From the human T2T-CHM13v2.0 reference genome, Homo sapiens, in assembly GCF_009914755.1 (NCBI RefSeq), contig NC_060939.1: a stretch of 64,000 nt of DNA; one strand, written 5' to 3'. The notes under the pieces were generated by a model that did not search any database, had not been told where the DNA came from, and worked only from the letters and a program-made list of their open reading frames with translations. The translations under genes were made by a program, and so were the position numbers. Numbering within the stretch: the first letter of the stretch is position 1; the number at the start of each line of letters is the position of its first letter. Shown here piece by piece: positions 1 to 12,940 of this stretch.

Positions 1-14
1 TTGTGTTTATCTGG

Positions 15-102
15 GACCTTACTCGAGATCTCAGTGCTAGTAAGTGGCTGATCCAGGATGTTGACCCTGGCCAGCTGACACCCAAGCCCGTCCACACTCT
101 TA
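15..102 (-). mobile_element. MIR fragment
   Basis: gctagtaagtggctgatccagga...gccagctgacacccaagccc resembles the reverse complement of the MIR core. Confidence 0.65.
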
Positions 103-122
103 GCTAATCAAGGCAAATACTT

Positions 123-670
123 TGGCTATCCATGGCTGCATTGCAAGCCACCCCGAAACTCAGCAGCTAATACAGCAACAATCATTTATTTGCTCATGAT
201 TCTGCCATTTGGGCAGTGCTTGGTGAGAACCACCCATCTTCACTCCATGTAGTGTCTGCCTGCACTGGAATGTCCAAGACAGATCATTTTACTCATGTGT
301 CTGGTGCTTCTGCTGGGTGGGTGGAACACAGGGGCTGATCTGGCATTTCAGTCTCCATGTGGCCTCCCCATGTGACCAACATGGGCTTTCTTACAGTATG
401 GTGGTCTTAGGCTATTGGCTTTCTTCCATAGCAGCTGACTTCTCCCAGATCACAAAAGCAGAAGTTGCATTCTTTCTTAATTTCCAAACTTGGAAATTTA
501 AGGACATCACTTCTGCTGCCTTGATTGGTTAAAGCAATCAAAAGGTCAGGTCAGATTCAAGGGGAGAGGAAACAAACAACACTGCCTCTTGTGGAGGGAG
601 AGTCAAGACCATTGCAAAAGAGCCTGTGGGATGGGAGATATCGTGGAAATCTTTGGAAACACACTCCACA
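123..670 (-). mobile_element. Old MaLR LTR (MLT1H/I-like)
   Basis: ggctgcattgcaagccaccccgaaactcagcagctaatacagcaacaatcatttatttgctcatgattctg and ggtcagattcaagggga match antisense MLT1. Confidence 0.7.
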
Positions 671-1269
671 ACCGACAATTAAACGTGAACATTAGAAAGC
701 TATTGTAGGAGAAGAAAGAAGAGTCACAAAGGGGAAGGAGTTTGTAAGACTGACAGATTACTTCCAGCCTGCAGAATGAAAGCCAGGGATCATGGAGGAC
801 ATGCTTGAATTGGCATTGGTGGGTAGGTAGAAGTAGACATTTGCATGTGAGAAGAAAGTGGCTTCAGGAGCACAGTGTAAGCAAAGGCCTGAGGTGGGAA
901 GGTGGGGTGTGTGTATGTGTGTGTGTGTGTTTTCATCAAAAGATCTAGCAAGAAGAGGGTTGAAGACCTGTGGGGTGATCTATTTCTAAGCAAAAGGTCA
1001 TATGTAGCATAGAGGTGGCTGGTGATACTGGCTTTCTTTGGTTCCTAAGGGTACTGCAAATAGGGTGGAGATGAAGACAAGTTCTCGCCCTCTGGCTACA
1101 CTGGCACGTGGGAACAGCCTTCTCTTGGAGGACTGTTGCCAGACAGAGGTATGTGGGCACCTAGGCATTGCCATTGACCTCAAGATGAGAGTGGAGTGGG
1201 TCATTATCGCTGCTCCCACCCTGGAGCTGAGCCCCCTCCTAAGCCCTTGTTGCGGCGCCTGTGAGGCGG

Positions 1270-1462
1270 GCCCAGCTGCAAATGGCAGCCGCGAGGTAAT
1301 TGTGGGAAAAATATGCTAATTAGCAGATGCCCACGATTAACTTGCCTTTCCTGTTGCCTGTCAAACCCAAGCTGCCTTTGTTGGAAAAGATAATTAAATT
1401 GGAATCAGATGTCTGCAGTAAATATTTTATTCAGAGCCGTAGATGACAATAGAGGAAGTTGA
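1270..1462. promoter_or_regulatory. Candidate enhancer (dense TF motif cluster)
   Basis: E-boxes, TGTGGGAA, CTAATTAG, CTGTCAAA, CCTTTGTT, TAATTA, GTAAATA, ACAATAG and AGAGGAAGT within ~190 bp of non-repeat DNA. Confidence 0.45.
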
Positions 1463-2295
1463 CTCTCAGTCCACCTTCAAATTCCCACCTTTGTCAAAGC
1501 TCAGGGCCTGAGCTTGGAGTCTACTCAGTGAGCTTCTTGTTAAACAATCAAGGGACACCACTGGGTGCTTATTAGCTTATTAATGCTAGCATGTTGTCAA
1601 AATGCATCTTTGTTCCTGTAAGAGTGGACGAAACCTGTCTTGGAATGTGTGGAATCCAGATCGACTGGGTACTCTAGCCAGCATCCTCCCTGTGTGCCTT
1701 CCTCATGCACCCCGTTTGCTTCCTGTGTATCCGGTCCCTCCGAGGGGATCCGAGGGGACCAAGGGTTCTGCTCCCCTCCCTCACTGAGGCTTTCCCCATG
1801 TGCCATCGTGGTACTGGAGCTCGGTGCCTGCACACAATTTTCTGCCTCTCGTGGATGGCTCTGCCCTGCTCCAGCAGGTGACAGTCATGATGGTGACTTT
1901 GGCGCGGTGAATGCCCAGGAAGCTTGTTAGATTTCTTTTCTTCATGTGATGCGTCAGCTCTGATACATCTTATAGGATGGGAAAGTAAAGAGTGCTTAGG
2001 GGGCAAGTGGCTCTTTCTTTTGAGTACAAATGGTAGTTTTCCTTAAGGACTTTATATGAGGAAAAGATCTGTGAGGAGAAACCAGTATGCCCTGTCCTAC
2101 CTTCCTCCTCATACTCCAAGCCCTCCGTCATCCTCACAGTATCGTTGCTCTCCCTCCATGCCTGGGACCCTGGAAGGACGAGTAACTGGCCTAGCCTCTT
2201 GTTTGTTAGCAATGGAGAAAGGAAGCCAAAGAGTGAAACACATGTGGGAGACCCAACCTAGGAGACACAGGATCAAGACATGGCTCCTTGTAATT

Positions 2296-2498
2296 AGGTA
2301 CATCAAACTGAAAATCTTCTGCATGGCAAGGGAAACAAGAGTGTAAAGGCAACCTACAGAATAGGAGAAAATATTTGCAAACCATATACCTGACAAGCAG
2401 TTAATTTCCAAAATATCTAAGGAACTCCTAAGACTCAATAGCAAGAAAACAAATCATCTGGTTAAAATATGGGCAGAGGACTTAAATAGACATTTCTT
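2296..2498 (+). mobile_element. L1M ORF2 fragment
   Basis: catcaaactgaaaatcttctgcatggcaaggg...gagaaaatatttgcaaaccatatacctgacaag...aatagacatttc. Confidence 0.9.
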
Positions 2499-2937
2499 AG
2501 TTTTGCCTCTCTCCGCAGAGAAAGACTTTCTAAAAAACAAAAAACTCAAAAAACAACAACAAAAAAACCCTCAGTGGGGTGAATCTGCTGAAGAAGCAGG
2601 GAGACCTGGCCAGAAGCTGCCTTGGGGTGACATAAGGGAGCTGTGATGCCCTGCTGGCCTGGGACAGCACATGTGTGCACTGTGACACGGGGAAACTTCA
2701 GGAGCAGGGCCTGGGAGATGGCACTCAGCACGGCGAGGGAGTTGTGCCTTAGGATGGCCTGGATAGGGCAGTTTGCCTGTGAATGGGGAGGGTGATGGGA
2801 GTCACTGGCTTGCTACAGGTTGCACGTTCTGCCTGTGAGGTCATGCAGGAGGGTGGAGAGCCATCCACGACATGCCAGTCAATGGGAAAAATACCGTCTC
2901 AGTAGTACTTTTGAATTGTTTGAGTACTTGCTTAAGG

Positions 2938-3285
2938 TGAGCAAGGACCTTAACCTTGACCAAACTTTAGTGAGGCTCCTTAGTGCCGTCCCCCAAACCC
3001 CGTTTTTTTTTTTTTTTATTTTACCTTATCCTTGGTCCTGTCTTTGGTTTGCCTAGCCCAGTGCTGACAAGAAACCCTGTTGTCTGTTTAACAAGAGTCC
3101 CTGTACCCTTGATGCCTAATCAAGTTCCTGGTGTGAATTTTCCATTTGTTCCTTCCCTCTGCTGATTATCCCCACCTGTCCCTGTTGTATGCAGTCGATG
3201 AGTTCAAGCTCTCTCCCATTGACAATAGACTTAAATGAAGTCTTCCTTTCTGTTTAAAAAGTGTCAGAATAACTTCTCTTTTACA
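2938..3285 (+). mobile_element. ERV1 solo LTR, MER31-like
   Basis: ccttgaccaaactttagtgaggctcc near the 5' end; TG...CA ends. Confidence 0.65.
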
Positions 3286-4483
3286 TGGCCTAGGGCCTAA
3301 CACTCTAGAAGCCCGTTAGTGTAATTCCTTTCTCCCTTCAACCGCATTTATCCATTTCCCCTCTGCCCCCTACCCTTCCTCACCTCCAGGTGCAGTTGAA
3401 AGCCATGCTCCATTAAGTGGAGAGAGATTTGACCAGAGCCTGAGTAGGGAATATCTCTGTGTGCCTTTTTTGTCCATCTTAGAGGCATCTGATTGTAACA
3501 CAAGCTGGAAGGGCTTTATGGGGTGATCTCTTCTTCCTTGAACATGGTTCACTCTTCAATATCAAGAACTCTGTGCAATCTCTTGAAATAATTAAAATAG
3601 AGTGGATGGTTAGGTGATGTTGCTGCCTGCCAACCTTCTGAATGAGGACCTGGCGTTCAGAAACTAGCTCAAATGTGTCACTCTTGGTATTTTTTCTTTG
3701 AAATTCCCCAACATTGTTTGAGTCCACCCTTCACATTTAATGTATTAAGACCTTATACATTGTAAGACATAGCGAGTTATTGGATAAGAAATTGGGAACA
3801 CATCACTTTGACTTGTAAGGATTCATGTCATACCCCAAATGGATGAGTTGACTCTCAGGGATTGTAATTAATGGGCTTCACCAACGATACCTGCTAATGG
3901 ACAAAGGGTCATTCAGCACAGACAATAACTTTGTCCCAAGTATGTGTTTTATAAGGTGGTGGCTGAACTTTAAGTCAGAGGTAGGAATATCATGGACAAA
4001 AGAAAAATATTCTCTAATTTTCTATTCTGAAATCGATTTCCAGCATGAGAATGGCATACAGTGCATACAGCATTCCCCTGCCACTGAACGCTCATGCCCA
4101 GCTGCATTTAGGTTTTGAAGGAGGCCTACTTTGAGGTTCAGGATGTGTAACAGCCCTATGTTGGCGTTACTGTTAAAAAGTGAATCCAGCCCCAGCTTCC
4201 TGCGGATAGTTTGAGTTTATGCCTTTGTCTCAGCATTTTTATTGATAGTGCCTTGTTCACCCTCAAAGATAGTCAGTTTTGGCTGATTTTTAGATCATAG
4301 GGTTACCCTAGTTACAGCACGTTGATGAAGATGTTGTACAGAGTCCTTTTCATGAGGACTTTTCTCATTTTCTTAATCCTCAAGACCAAGGATGTTTGTA
4401 CTACTTCTTATTAACAATTTTGTCATTATGTTGGAGACAAGGAGTGATTCATATAACAGATCAAATTTCTGTTTTTGCACTGA

Positions 4484-4848
<365 letters not shown>

Positions 4849-5002
4849 CCCTCTGTGCATTTTTATATGATCTCAGTCTATTTGCTCCAAATTCTTGACT
4901 TTTTGCCTATAGCATTGTTTTTAATTTTTCAGACTGCCTTGAATTGACTCTGGACAAGACAATTATAAAACAATTATAAAGGCTAAATTTAACATTCATA
5001 GG

Positions 5003-6433
5003 CAAAAATGAACCTTAGCCTAAGTCTTGTACATTATCTAAAAACAAATTCAAAATGGAGCATAGACATAAATCTATACAACATTTTTTAAAATAGGGGA
5101 AAATGTTTGTGATCTAAGGCTAGGCAAGAGTTCTTAGACTAGACACCAAAAGCAAGATCTATTTTTTAAAAAGTTTGTAAACTGGGCTTTATTAAGTTTG
5201 AAAATGTTTTCTTTTCTACGAAACACTTTGTGAAGAAAATGGAAATACAAGCTACAGACTTGAAAAAAACATTTTCAAACCACACATCTGACAAAGTACT
5301 CCTATCTAAAATATAGAAAGAACTCTGAACTCAACAGAAAACAACAAGAATCGAATATGAAAATGGGAAAGAGACAAACATTTCATCAGGGAGTATATTC
5401 AAATGGCAAATAGCCTATGAAAGGTGTTCAACATCGTTAGCCATTAGGAAAATGCAAACTAAAACCACAGTGAAATATTGCCACACACTTAACAGAAGGG
5501 CTGTTAGAAAGAAGGAAAGTGCCGCATGCTGGTGAGGATGCCGGGATGCAGCGACCAGATCGCTTACGTTTTGCTGGTGGTGATGTGAAATAGCACAGCC
5601 TCTAAAGAAAACATTTGGGCAGTTTCTTCAAAAACCAAACCTGTAGCTACCATGACACTCAGCTGTTACACTCCTGAGCATTTAACCAGGTGAAATGAAA
5701 ACATGTTCTATATAAAAACCTGTGCCCCAATGTTTACAGCAGCTTTATTTGTAGTAGTCAAACAAACTGAAAACAGCTCAGATGTCCTTCAACAGGTGAA
5801 TGGTTCAACAAACTGGTACACCCCTGCCATGTAATGCTACTTCTGCAGTAAGAAAGAATAAACTATTGCTATGCTGAAAAGCTTAGCTGAATCTCCAGAA
5901 AAGTATGTGGACCAAGAAAGGCCAATCCCAAAAGGATACATATCATATAATGTTATATATGTATAATATTCTTGAAAAATTACAGAAATTGAGATGACAT
6001 GAATGTTTGCCAGGAGTTAAGGAGAGGTATAGGTGAGAGGAAAGTGTTGGTTGCAGGTAAAGGTCACCATGATAGAACCTTGTGGTGATAGAAATGTTCT
6101 GTATCTTCGCTGTATTGATGCCAGTATTCTGGTCGTGATACTGCACTGTAGTTTTGAGGAACTGTCATGCTTTTCTTTGTAGCAGCAGCACTATTTTTTA
6201 TTCTCACTAGCAGTGCCGAAATGTCCCAATATCTCCACATCCTCACCAACATCTGTCTTTGTTTGTTTTGATAATTGGCATCCTAATGGGTATGAAGTGG
6301 TTGTAGTGTAGCTTTGCAAAATGCTACTACCATTGGGGGAAATTGGGGAAATGGTACACAGGATCTCTCTGTATTATTTCTGAACAAGTTTCATGTGAGT
6401 TTATAATTATCTCAAAATCTGAAATTAATTAAA
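5003..6433 (+). mobile_element. L1MC/MD ORF2 end plus 3' UTR
   Basis: Continuous L1 similarity (gagttcttagact...aaaccacagtgaaatat...cattgggggaaattgggg); interrupted at ~6152-6300 by an antisense L1 piece. Confidence 0.85.
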
Positions 6434-6504
6434 AAGTGACATGCTTATTGCCAAAATTAGACAGCAATGAAAAATGTAAAGATGAAAATAAAAACCACTA
6501 AGAG

Positions 6505-6645
6505 GAGGCAGCATTTGGTGGCTTTGGAGGCAAAAATCTTAGGTGTGATTTCTTACATCACCATGGTTTAGCTTTTTTGGCCTCTGTTTTCTTATCAATA
6601 AAATGGGAATGATATTAGTGTGAAGAATTGTTAAGAGGTCTAACA
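6505..6645 (+). mobile_element. MIR fragment
   Basis: ggcctctgttttcttatcaataaaatgggaatgata core. Confidence 0.6.
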
Positions 6646-8037
6646 ATTTACCATAGTTGCAAACTAACAAATTAGTCTGCTGCAGTTTCACGAATGCTAG
6701 GAAGAAGACCCATGATTCCTGGGCCAGAACACAGCAGGATCCACAGCAGCAGGTGTCACTCAGTTCTCTAAGCCCCACTTTCCCCCGGGAAGCACAGGAG
6801 GGCAAGGCAGTGACTCTACCTTCAGTGTTTGAGTTACAGTAGAGTAGCTTAGGGAACTCAAAACATTCATATCAGGCAGTTAGCTTGCCTGACCTTCGCC
6901 TGGAGATATTTTTATTATATTGGACAATAAACCCAATTGCCTTATCTCTGCCTTACAAGGCTAAACTTCCCTTGAAAGGATGGATCGTTCCCAACAAAGA
7001 AAGTTGGTCCCTCTGCTTGAAAACATTGCCAAAATTCAATAGACACATGGGAAATTGTCTACCAGCCATTACATATGTCAAGATATTTCTGTGAGGTTGT
7101 TTCTTCAGGGGAGGAAAGAGTAAAGGCCTCACAGGTAAAGGCTTACACAGTGCCTGGTATATGGTGACTCCTGAATAAAATTTAGTTTCCATCTTTTAAA
7201 AAATTTTTACAATCACAGACAGCTCTTCCAGTCAGCTGGTCATGTCATATATCTTTCCACCTACACTTTCCATCAAATTTCAATGATTTCTGGCCTACGT
7301 CTGAAATGCCAGTGTCTTTAACCACTTTTCCTTTCTTTATCTCCTTGTTCTTCAAGAAATCAAGAAGTTCCAGAAAATAGCTATAGAGGATGGTAGGAAG
7401 CTGCCAGCTTCGTTTCTCAGGATAAAGTTGATGAAATTATCTGTGATTCTAACAGCTTTTCAGATTGTGAAAGATTCAATTCCATCTACTTGGGCCAGTA
7501 ATAGCTTTTAAAACTCTCTATTCCTGAGTTGCTTCCTAGTTTATTTTTGTCCTAAATCTTATTTTAGAAGTATAGATTTAAGTATTTTTAAAAAATGGAA
7601 TGAATAAAGAGGTGGGACTTGCTCATGAGAATTCAAAGTAGAAGGTTTGGTGGGAAATGAGTTTGAAGTGAAAACTTACCTTTCATACGGTCACATTTCA
7701 ATGTTTCATTATGGCTAGGGGACCACAAAGGAAAGACTGGAGGATATTACTAGAAACTTTCCCTCATAACAAATATTTCTCTCCCAATTCAGTCTTTTCA
7801 ACTCTGCATAAGCCGAGACTTAGGACCCTGGACAGGAATCTACCAAGATCTCAGTTCTTAGAAAAGTCTAGTGAAGATTTTTAAAATTTCTGTCCAAATA
7901 AATGGTCTCTGATATTCTTAGTGATTCTTCCAACTTAAGGTGTAGGCAAAAGAGAAGGTGAAATAATCTTCTTCACTTTCTATTGAGATAGAACACTCCA
8001 GTACCCAATTTAGTTTACTTTTCCCTTTAGAAAACAT

Positions 8038-8097
8038 TGTCCCTTTAGAGTTAACAGAAGCATGACACCGCATGTTTCTCTAAACTCTAAAGGGACA
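8038..8097. other. Near-perfect inverted repeat / hairpin
   Basis: 27-bp arms 8038-8064 and 8071-8097, 24/27 Watson-Crick plus one G-U, 6-nt loop. Confidence 0.9.
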
Positions 8098-8759
8098 GTA
8101 TTTCCAGGTGGTTATAATTTTCTTATGATAGAACTAGTAGAAATATGGAAGGAATGCCTGTTGTTTTGGAACCAAGACATTTTAGAGGCCACCTCCATTA
8201 GTAGTTAGTTCAAACGAGACTTTTTAAAAGCCCTCTACTGAACTTTCTGCCTAAAACTGCGTGAGCTGCGGGAGGAGAAGTGAACAGCCACAGTCTCTAC
8301 ATTTTAGTATCAGGTATTCTAACTGACAGCAAAAGAAACATGTGGAATTCGGTCAGGTGGACAAAGGTAAGCTAGGGAGACAAAGGAGGGTTGCAGGCAA
8401 GGGGTGCTCCAGAGGTGGAGAGATATCATGGGAATTAAAACCACCCTAAATCAAAAATACATAAAAAAGAAACTGGACAGCTCAGAGCCGACTGCAGGTA
8501 AGAAGTTTCAATGTATCCACCATTTAATAGGCCAGGCTCTTGATTTAAAGGGATAGACTCCGTTTAGTGGAGCATGCATGATTTAAGAGACAGCCTTCCA
8601 AAAGCACAACTTCTGGAGGGAGAGTAAAGGAAAAAGAGAAGGAAAAAGCATCTTCCAGCAATCGGGCAATGATGAGGAAAAGAAGTAAAGGGGAAGAGTT
8701 AGGTTCTTCCAGACAGAAGCACCACAAACCCTCCACCATCGCTGAAACAAAGAAGCAAA

Positions 8760-9820
8760 GAAACAAAAACAAAAGCCCTATTATAAATTACCTGAACTTT
8801 GCTAGACAGAAGAATGTACCATTAAACCAGGAATCATTTAAAGCACCTCAATATCATTGAAATGAACAAGAAAAAAATTAAATCCATAGAGAACTTGATT
8901 TGCAGAAAGTCACGAAATGAACTTTTACACAAATTTGTCCTCAAAAAATAATCATAAAGAAGAAGAAAACTGGAAATCTACATTTCAAACAGAATTGTGT
9001 GTACTCAAATATTTTACGATATGATAAAGCACATTGGAATAGAAACTCAAAAACTAGAAACAGAAATGGACAATAAACAAGGAGAAAGTTTTTAAAAGTT
9101 GATTGAATTCAGAAGGAAATGGAAGAAAAAGACAAAATTATCTCAGAAATAAAAATTAAATTACAGAATGCCCAAAGGAGAATAGCGTCAAATGCAGATT
9201 TTAGTAAAGAGCATCAGAGAAAGGCAGGAAGACACCCAGCAGAATGAAATTGGCATAAAGAGAGCCAGCCACAGTGGCTCACACCTGTAATCCCAGCACT
9301 TTGGGAGGCTGAGGTGGGTGGATCATTTGAGGTCAGGAGTTCAAGACCAGCCTGGCCAGCATGGTGAAACCCCATCTCTACAAAAATACAAAAATTAGCG
9401 GAGCATGGTGGCAGGAGCCTGTAATCCCAGCTACTCAGGAGGCTGAGGTGGGAGAATCACTTGAACCCAGGAGGTGGAGGTTGCAATGAGCTGAGATCAT
9501 GCCACTGCACTCCAGCCTGGCATGGAAGTGCCGGGAAAGTGCCAAGAGGAAAGAAGGAAGGAAGGAAGGAGGGAAGGAAGGAAGGAAGGAAGAAGTGGGA
9601 GAAAAAGTAGGGGAAATGGAAGATAGGCTAAGAAGGAATAATATTTCTATTATTGAAGTCCCTGAAGAAGAAAACCATGTCAACATAGCAGAACTAATAT
9701 TTAAAATTGCAATCCAAGAAATGTTTCCCAAATTAGAAAAAGACCTGAATCTACATATTGAAAGGACTGACTGGCTACCTGGGAAAATTAACCAAGAATG
9801 ATCAACTCTGAGAAAATATT
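8760..9820 (+). mobile_element. HAL1/old L1 ORF1 remnant, split by an Alu
   Basis: Translation MEDRLRRNNISIIEVPEEE...IQEMFPKLEKDLNLHIER is L1 ORF1p-like; A-rich coiled-coil-like stretch upstream. Confidence 0.8.
9263..9521 (+). mobile_element. AluS with tail replaced by (GGAA)n
   Basis: Alu dimer followed by purine repeat 9550-9600. Confidence 0.9.
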
Positions 9821-10542
9821 CAGATTATGCATCTGACAAAGAACTAGTGTCCAGAATCTACGAGGAACTCGAACAAATCAGCAAAAAAAAAAAATCCCAT
9901 CAAAAAGTGGGCAAAGGACGTGAATAGACGTTTCTCAAAAGAAGATATACAAACAGCCAACAAACATATGAAATAATACACAACAACACTAATTATTAGG
10001 GAAATGCAAATTAAAACCACAATGAATACCACCTTACTCCTTCAAGAATGGCCATAATTAAAAAGGCAAAAAAGCAGAACAATTCACAATTGCAAGGATA
10101 TGGGACCAATTTAAGTGCTCACTGATCAATGAGTGGATAAAGAAAATGTGGTATATATACACCATGGAATACAACTCAGCCATAAAAAGGAACAAAATAA
10201 TGTCTTTTGCAGCAACTTGGATGGAGCTAGAGGCCATTGTTCTAAATGAAGAAACTCAGGAATGGAAAACCAAATACAGTATGTACTTACTTATAAGTGG
10301 GAGCTAAGCTATGAGGATGCAAAAACATACAGAGCAATATAATGGACTGTGGGAATTCCAAGGTGGGAGGAGGTAGGAAAGAGGGTGAAGCATAAAAAAC
10401 AGCATTGGGTACAGTGTACACTGCTCGGGTGACAGGTGAACTAAAATTTCAGAATTCACCACTAAAGAACTCATCCATGTAACCAAAAACCACCTGTACC
10501 CAAAAAACTATTGAAAATAATAATAGTGAAAAAATAAATAAA
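9821..10542 (+). mobile_element. L1PB/L1MA 3' end
   Basis: gcatctgacaaagaactagtgtccagaatctac...gaactcatccatgtaaccaaaaaccacctgtacc plus A-rich tail; apparent internal deletion near 10075. Confidence 0.9.
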
Positions 10543-10579
10543 ATATTTATCCATAAAAATTACTAACATTCTTTTTTGT

Positions 10580-11997
10580 GACCTAAGCCATAGAATAAGA
10601 TAAATATTCATGAGTCCATGCCATTATATATGGACAAATAAATAAATCGGAGAGAAGAGGCAGCTCTTCCTCACAGTAGAATTTCCAAATAATTAATGTA
10701 GACAGAAGAAGGGAAATAGAGAATCACTGTTAGGCAAACACCATAAAATTAAATGTATGCAAGAACCACCAATAAATGCTAAAATTAGTCAATAGAATTA
10801 AATGTATACAAGATCCACTAATATATGCTAAATTTAGTCGCATAAGTTGAGAAGAAACTTTGAGGATCTGTATAGTCTCAAAGTATCTCCCTCAATACAC
10901 TTAACAATTATAAAACGAAAGATAGTAACTTTACAGTGGAAAAAAATAGCAGGCACCAACTCAACCAAGTGATTAAGGTAAACCAGAAAGAACTGAGGAA
11001 CGGTTACAGACTATAATAGAACAGATGAAATAGCAAATAAATACAGTGTGGGATCCTGGATAGAATTCCGGAACAAAAATACAAAGTCAAAAAATTTTAA
11101 AACACATGAAAAGATGCTCAAAATAATTGGTCATTAGGAATTGCAGATGAAACCACAATAAGGTATAATTAAGTACATGTTAGACTGGATTAAAAATACT
11201 GACAACACCAAATGCTGGTGAGGATACGGTACCACAGTAACCTGCTGGTGAGAATGCAAAATGGTATAGTCTGGAAAACAGTTTGGAATTTTCTTAAAAA
11301 TTTAAACACATGCAACATCAAGAGTATACCCTTATGTGAATTATGGACTTTGGGTGACTGTGACATGTCAATGGAGGTTCATCAATTGTAACAAATGTGC
11401 TGCTCTGGTAGGGGATGTTGATGATGGGGGAGGCTGTGCATGTGTTGGGGCAGGGGCTCTATAGGATCTCTGTACATTGTACTCAATTTTGCTGTGAACC
11501 TGAAACTGCTCTGAAAAATAAAGTCCAATAAATGTTTTAAGTTAAACATACACTTATGACCCCAGAAATCCTACCTCTAGATATTTATCTTAGAGAAATA
11601 AAAAGTTGTGTTTATAGAAAAATTTGTTTGTGGATATTTATAGCTATCTTATCCATAATTACCCCAAACTGGAAGCAATTTAAATGTCTTTCAGTGTGTG
11701 GCCGACTAAACAAACTGTGGTACATCCAGACAATGGAATATTATTCACCAATAAAAAAGGAGTGAACTCCTGATATTTTGAATAACACAGATGAATCTTA
11801 AAATGCCTTATGCTAACTAAAAAGGCAGTTTCAAAATGCTGCAAACTATACTATTCTATTTATATGATGTTGAGAAAGGGAAAAATACAGAAATAGAGAA
11901 TAGATTAGTGGTTTCAGGGGTTAGAGGTAAGATGAGGGTTTAAATATTGAGGATCAGTGCAAGGAGAATCTTCAAGGTATTCGAATTTTTCTGTATC
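10580..11997 (+). mobile_element. Nested L1MC/ME 3' fragments
   Basis: L1 3' motifs; L1MC1-like piece at ~11313-11530. Confidence 0.75.
10741..10838. repeat. 49-bp tandem duplication inside L1
   Basis: aattaaatgtat(g/a)caaga(a/t)ccac(c/t)aata(a/t)atgctaaa(a/t)ttagt twice. Confidence 0.85.
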
Positions 11998-11998
11998 T

Positions 11999-12275
<277 letters not shown>

Positions 12276-12882
12276 GAATTTAAAAAATATCTTCAGTGGT
12301 AGCTACAATCATCTATGCACTTTTAGAAACTCGTTGACCTGGAACCCCTAAACGTGGATTTTATTGTGTGTAAACTTAAAAGGCTAAAATAAATCACCCC
12401 AGTAGACCCAGGCCAACTTCAGTTCTTTATTTCCCATGATTCAGTCATTCCTATCCCACCTGTGTGACTGCCGGGCCTGTGTGCCACACAATGCCCACCC
12501 ATTATTACTTAATTATTTCATTTAAATCATTGAATTTCTTTCAAAAAGGAGTATATACTACCTTTGAATTCACTGGATTGATGTGCTAGCTATATTTTTT
12601 CAACAAATTGTAATATACATATATAGCTATTTAAACAGACAACATATGACCAGAAAATATGTTAGGAAAAAGTAATAGATCATTGGCTCTTGACAGGATC
12701 CTTAAAGATAATCTGGTCTAATTCAGTCATTTTTCAAATGATGTGTGTGAGGGCTGTGCCATCTTGGCCAAGCAGTGCTATCGGAAGCTGCTTCTCCATG
12801 ACTCAGAGGCAACATTGCTTCTGCCTGGACCCAGCACTTCCTGAGGCTGGAGAGCACTCCTGGCTCACTCCTGATTACCTAC

Positions 12883-12940
12883 TGACAGCTCAGTGCCTGG
12901 CACTGAGTAAGTGCTCAAAAAGTACTTCCTTTGTGGAATT
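12883..12940 (+). mobile_element. L2 3' end
   Basis: cagtgcctggcactgagtaagtgctcaaaaagtac. Confidence 0.6.

Noticed and set aside
3899-3936. Small inverted repeat ggacaaag...ctttgtcc
   Set aside because: Only 8 perfect pairs plus a bulged extension; expected by chance.
9499-9801. 100-aa ORF as a domesticated ORF1p (L1TD1-like) gene
   Set aside because: Chimera of Alu, GGAA repeat and a short HAL1/L1 ORF1 relic ending in a stop.
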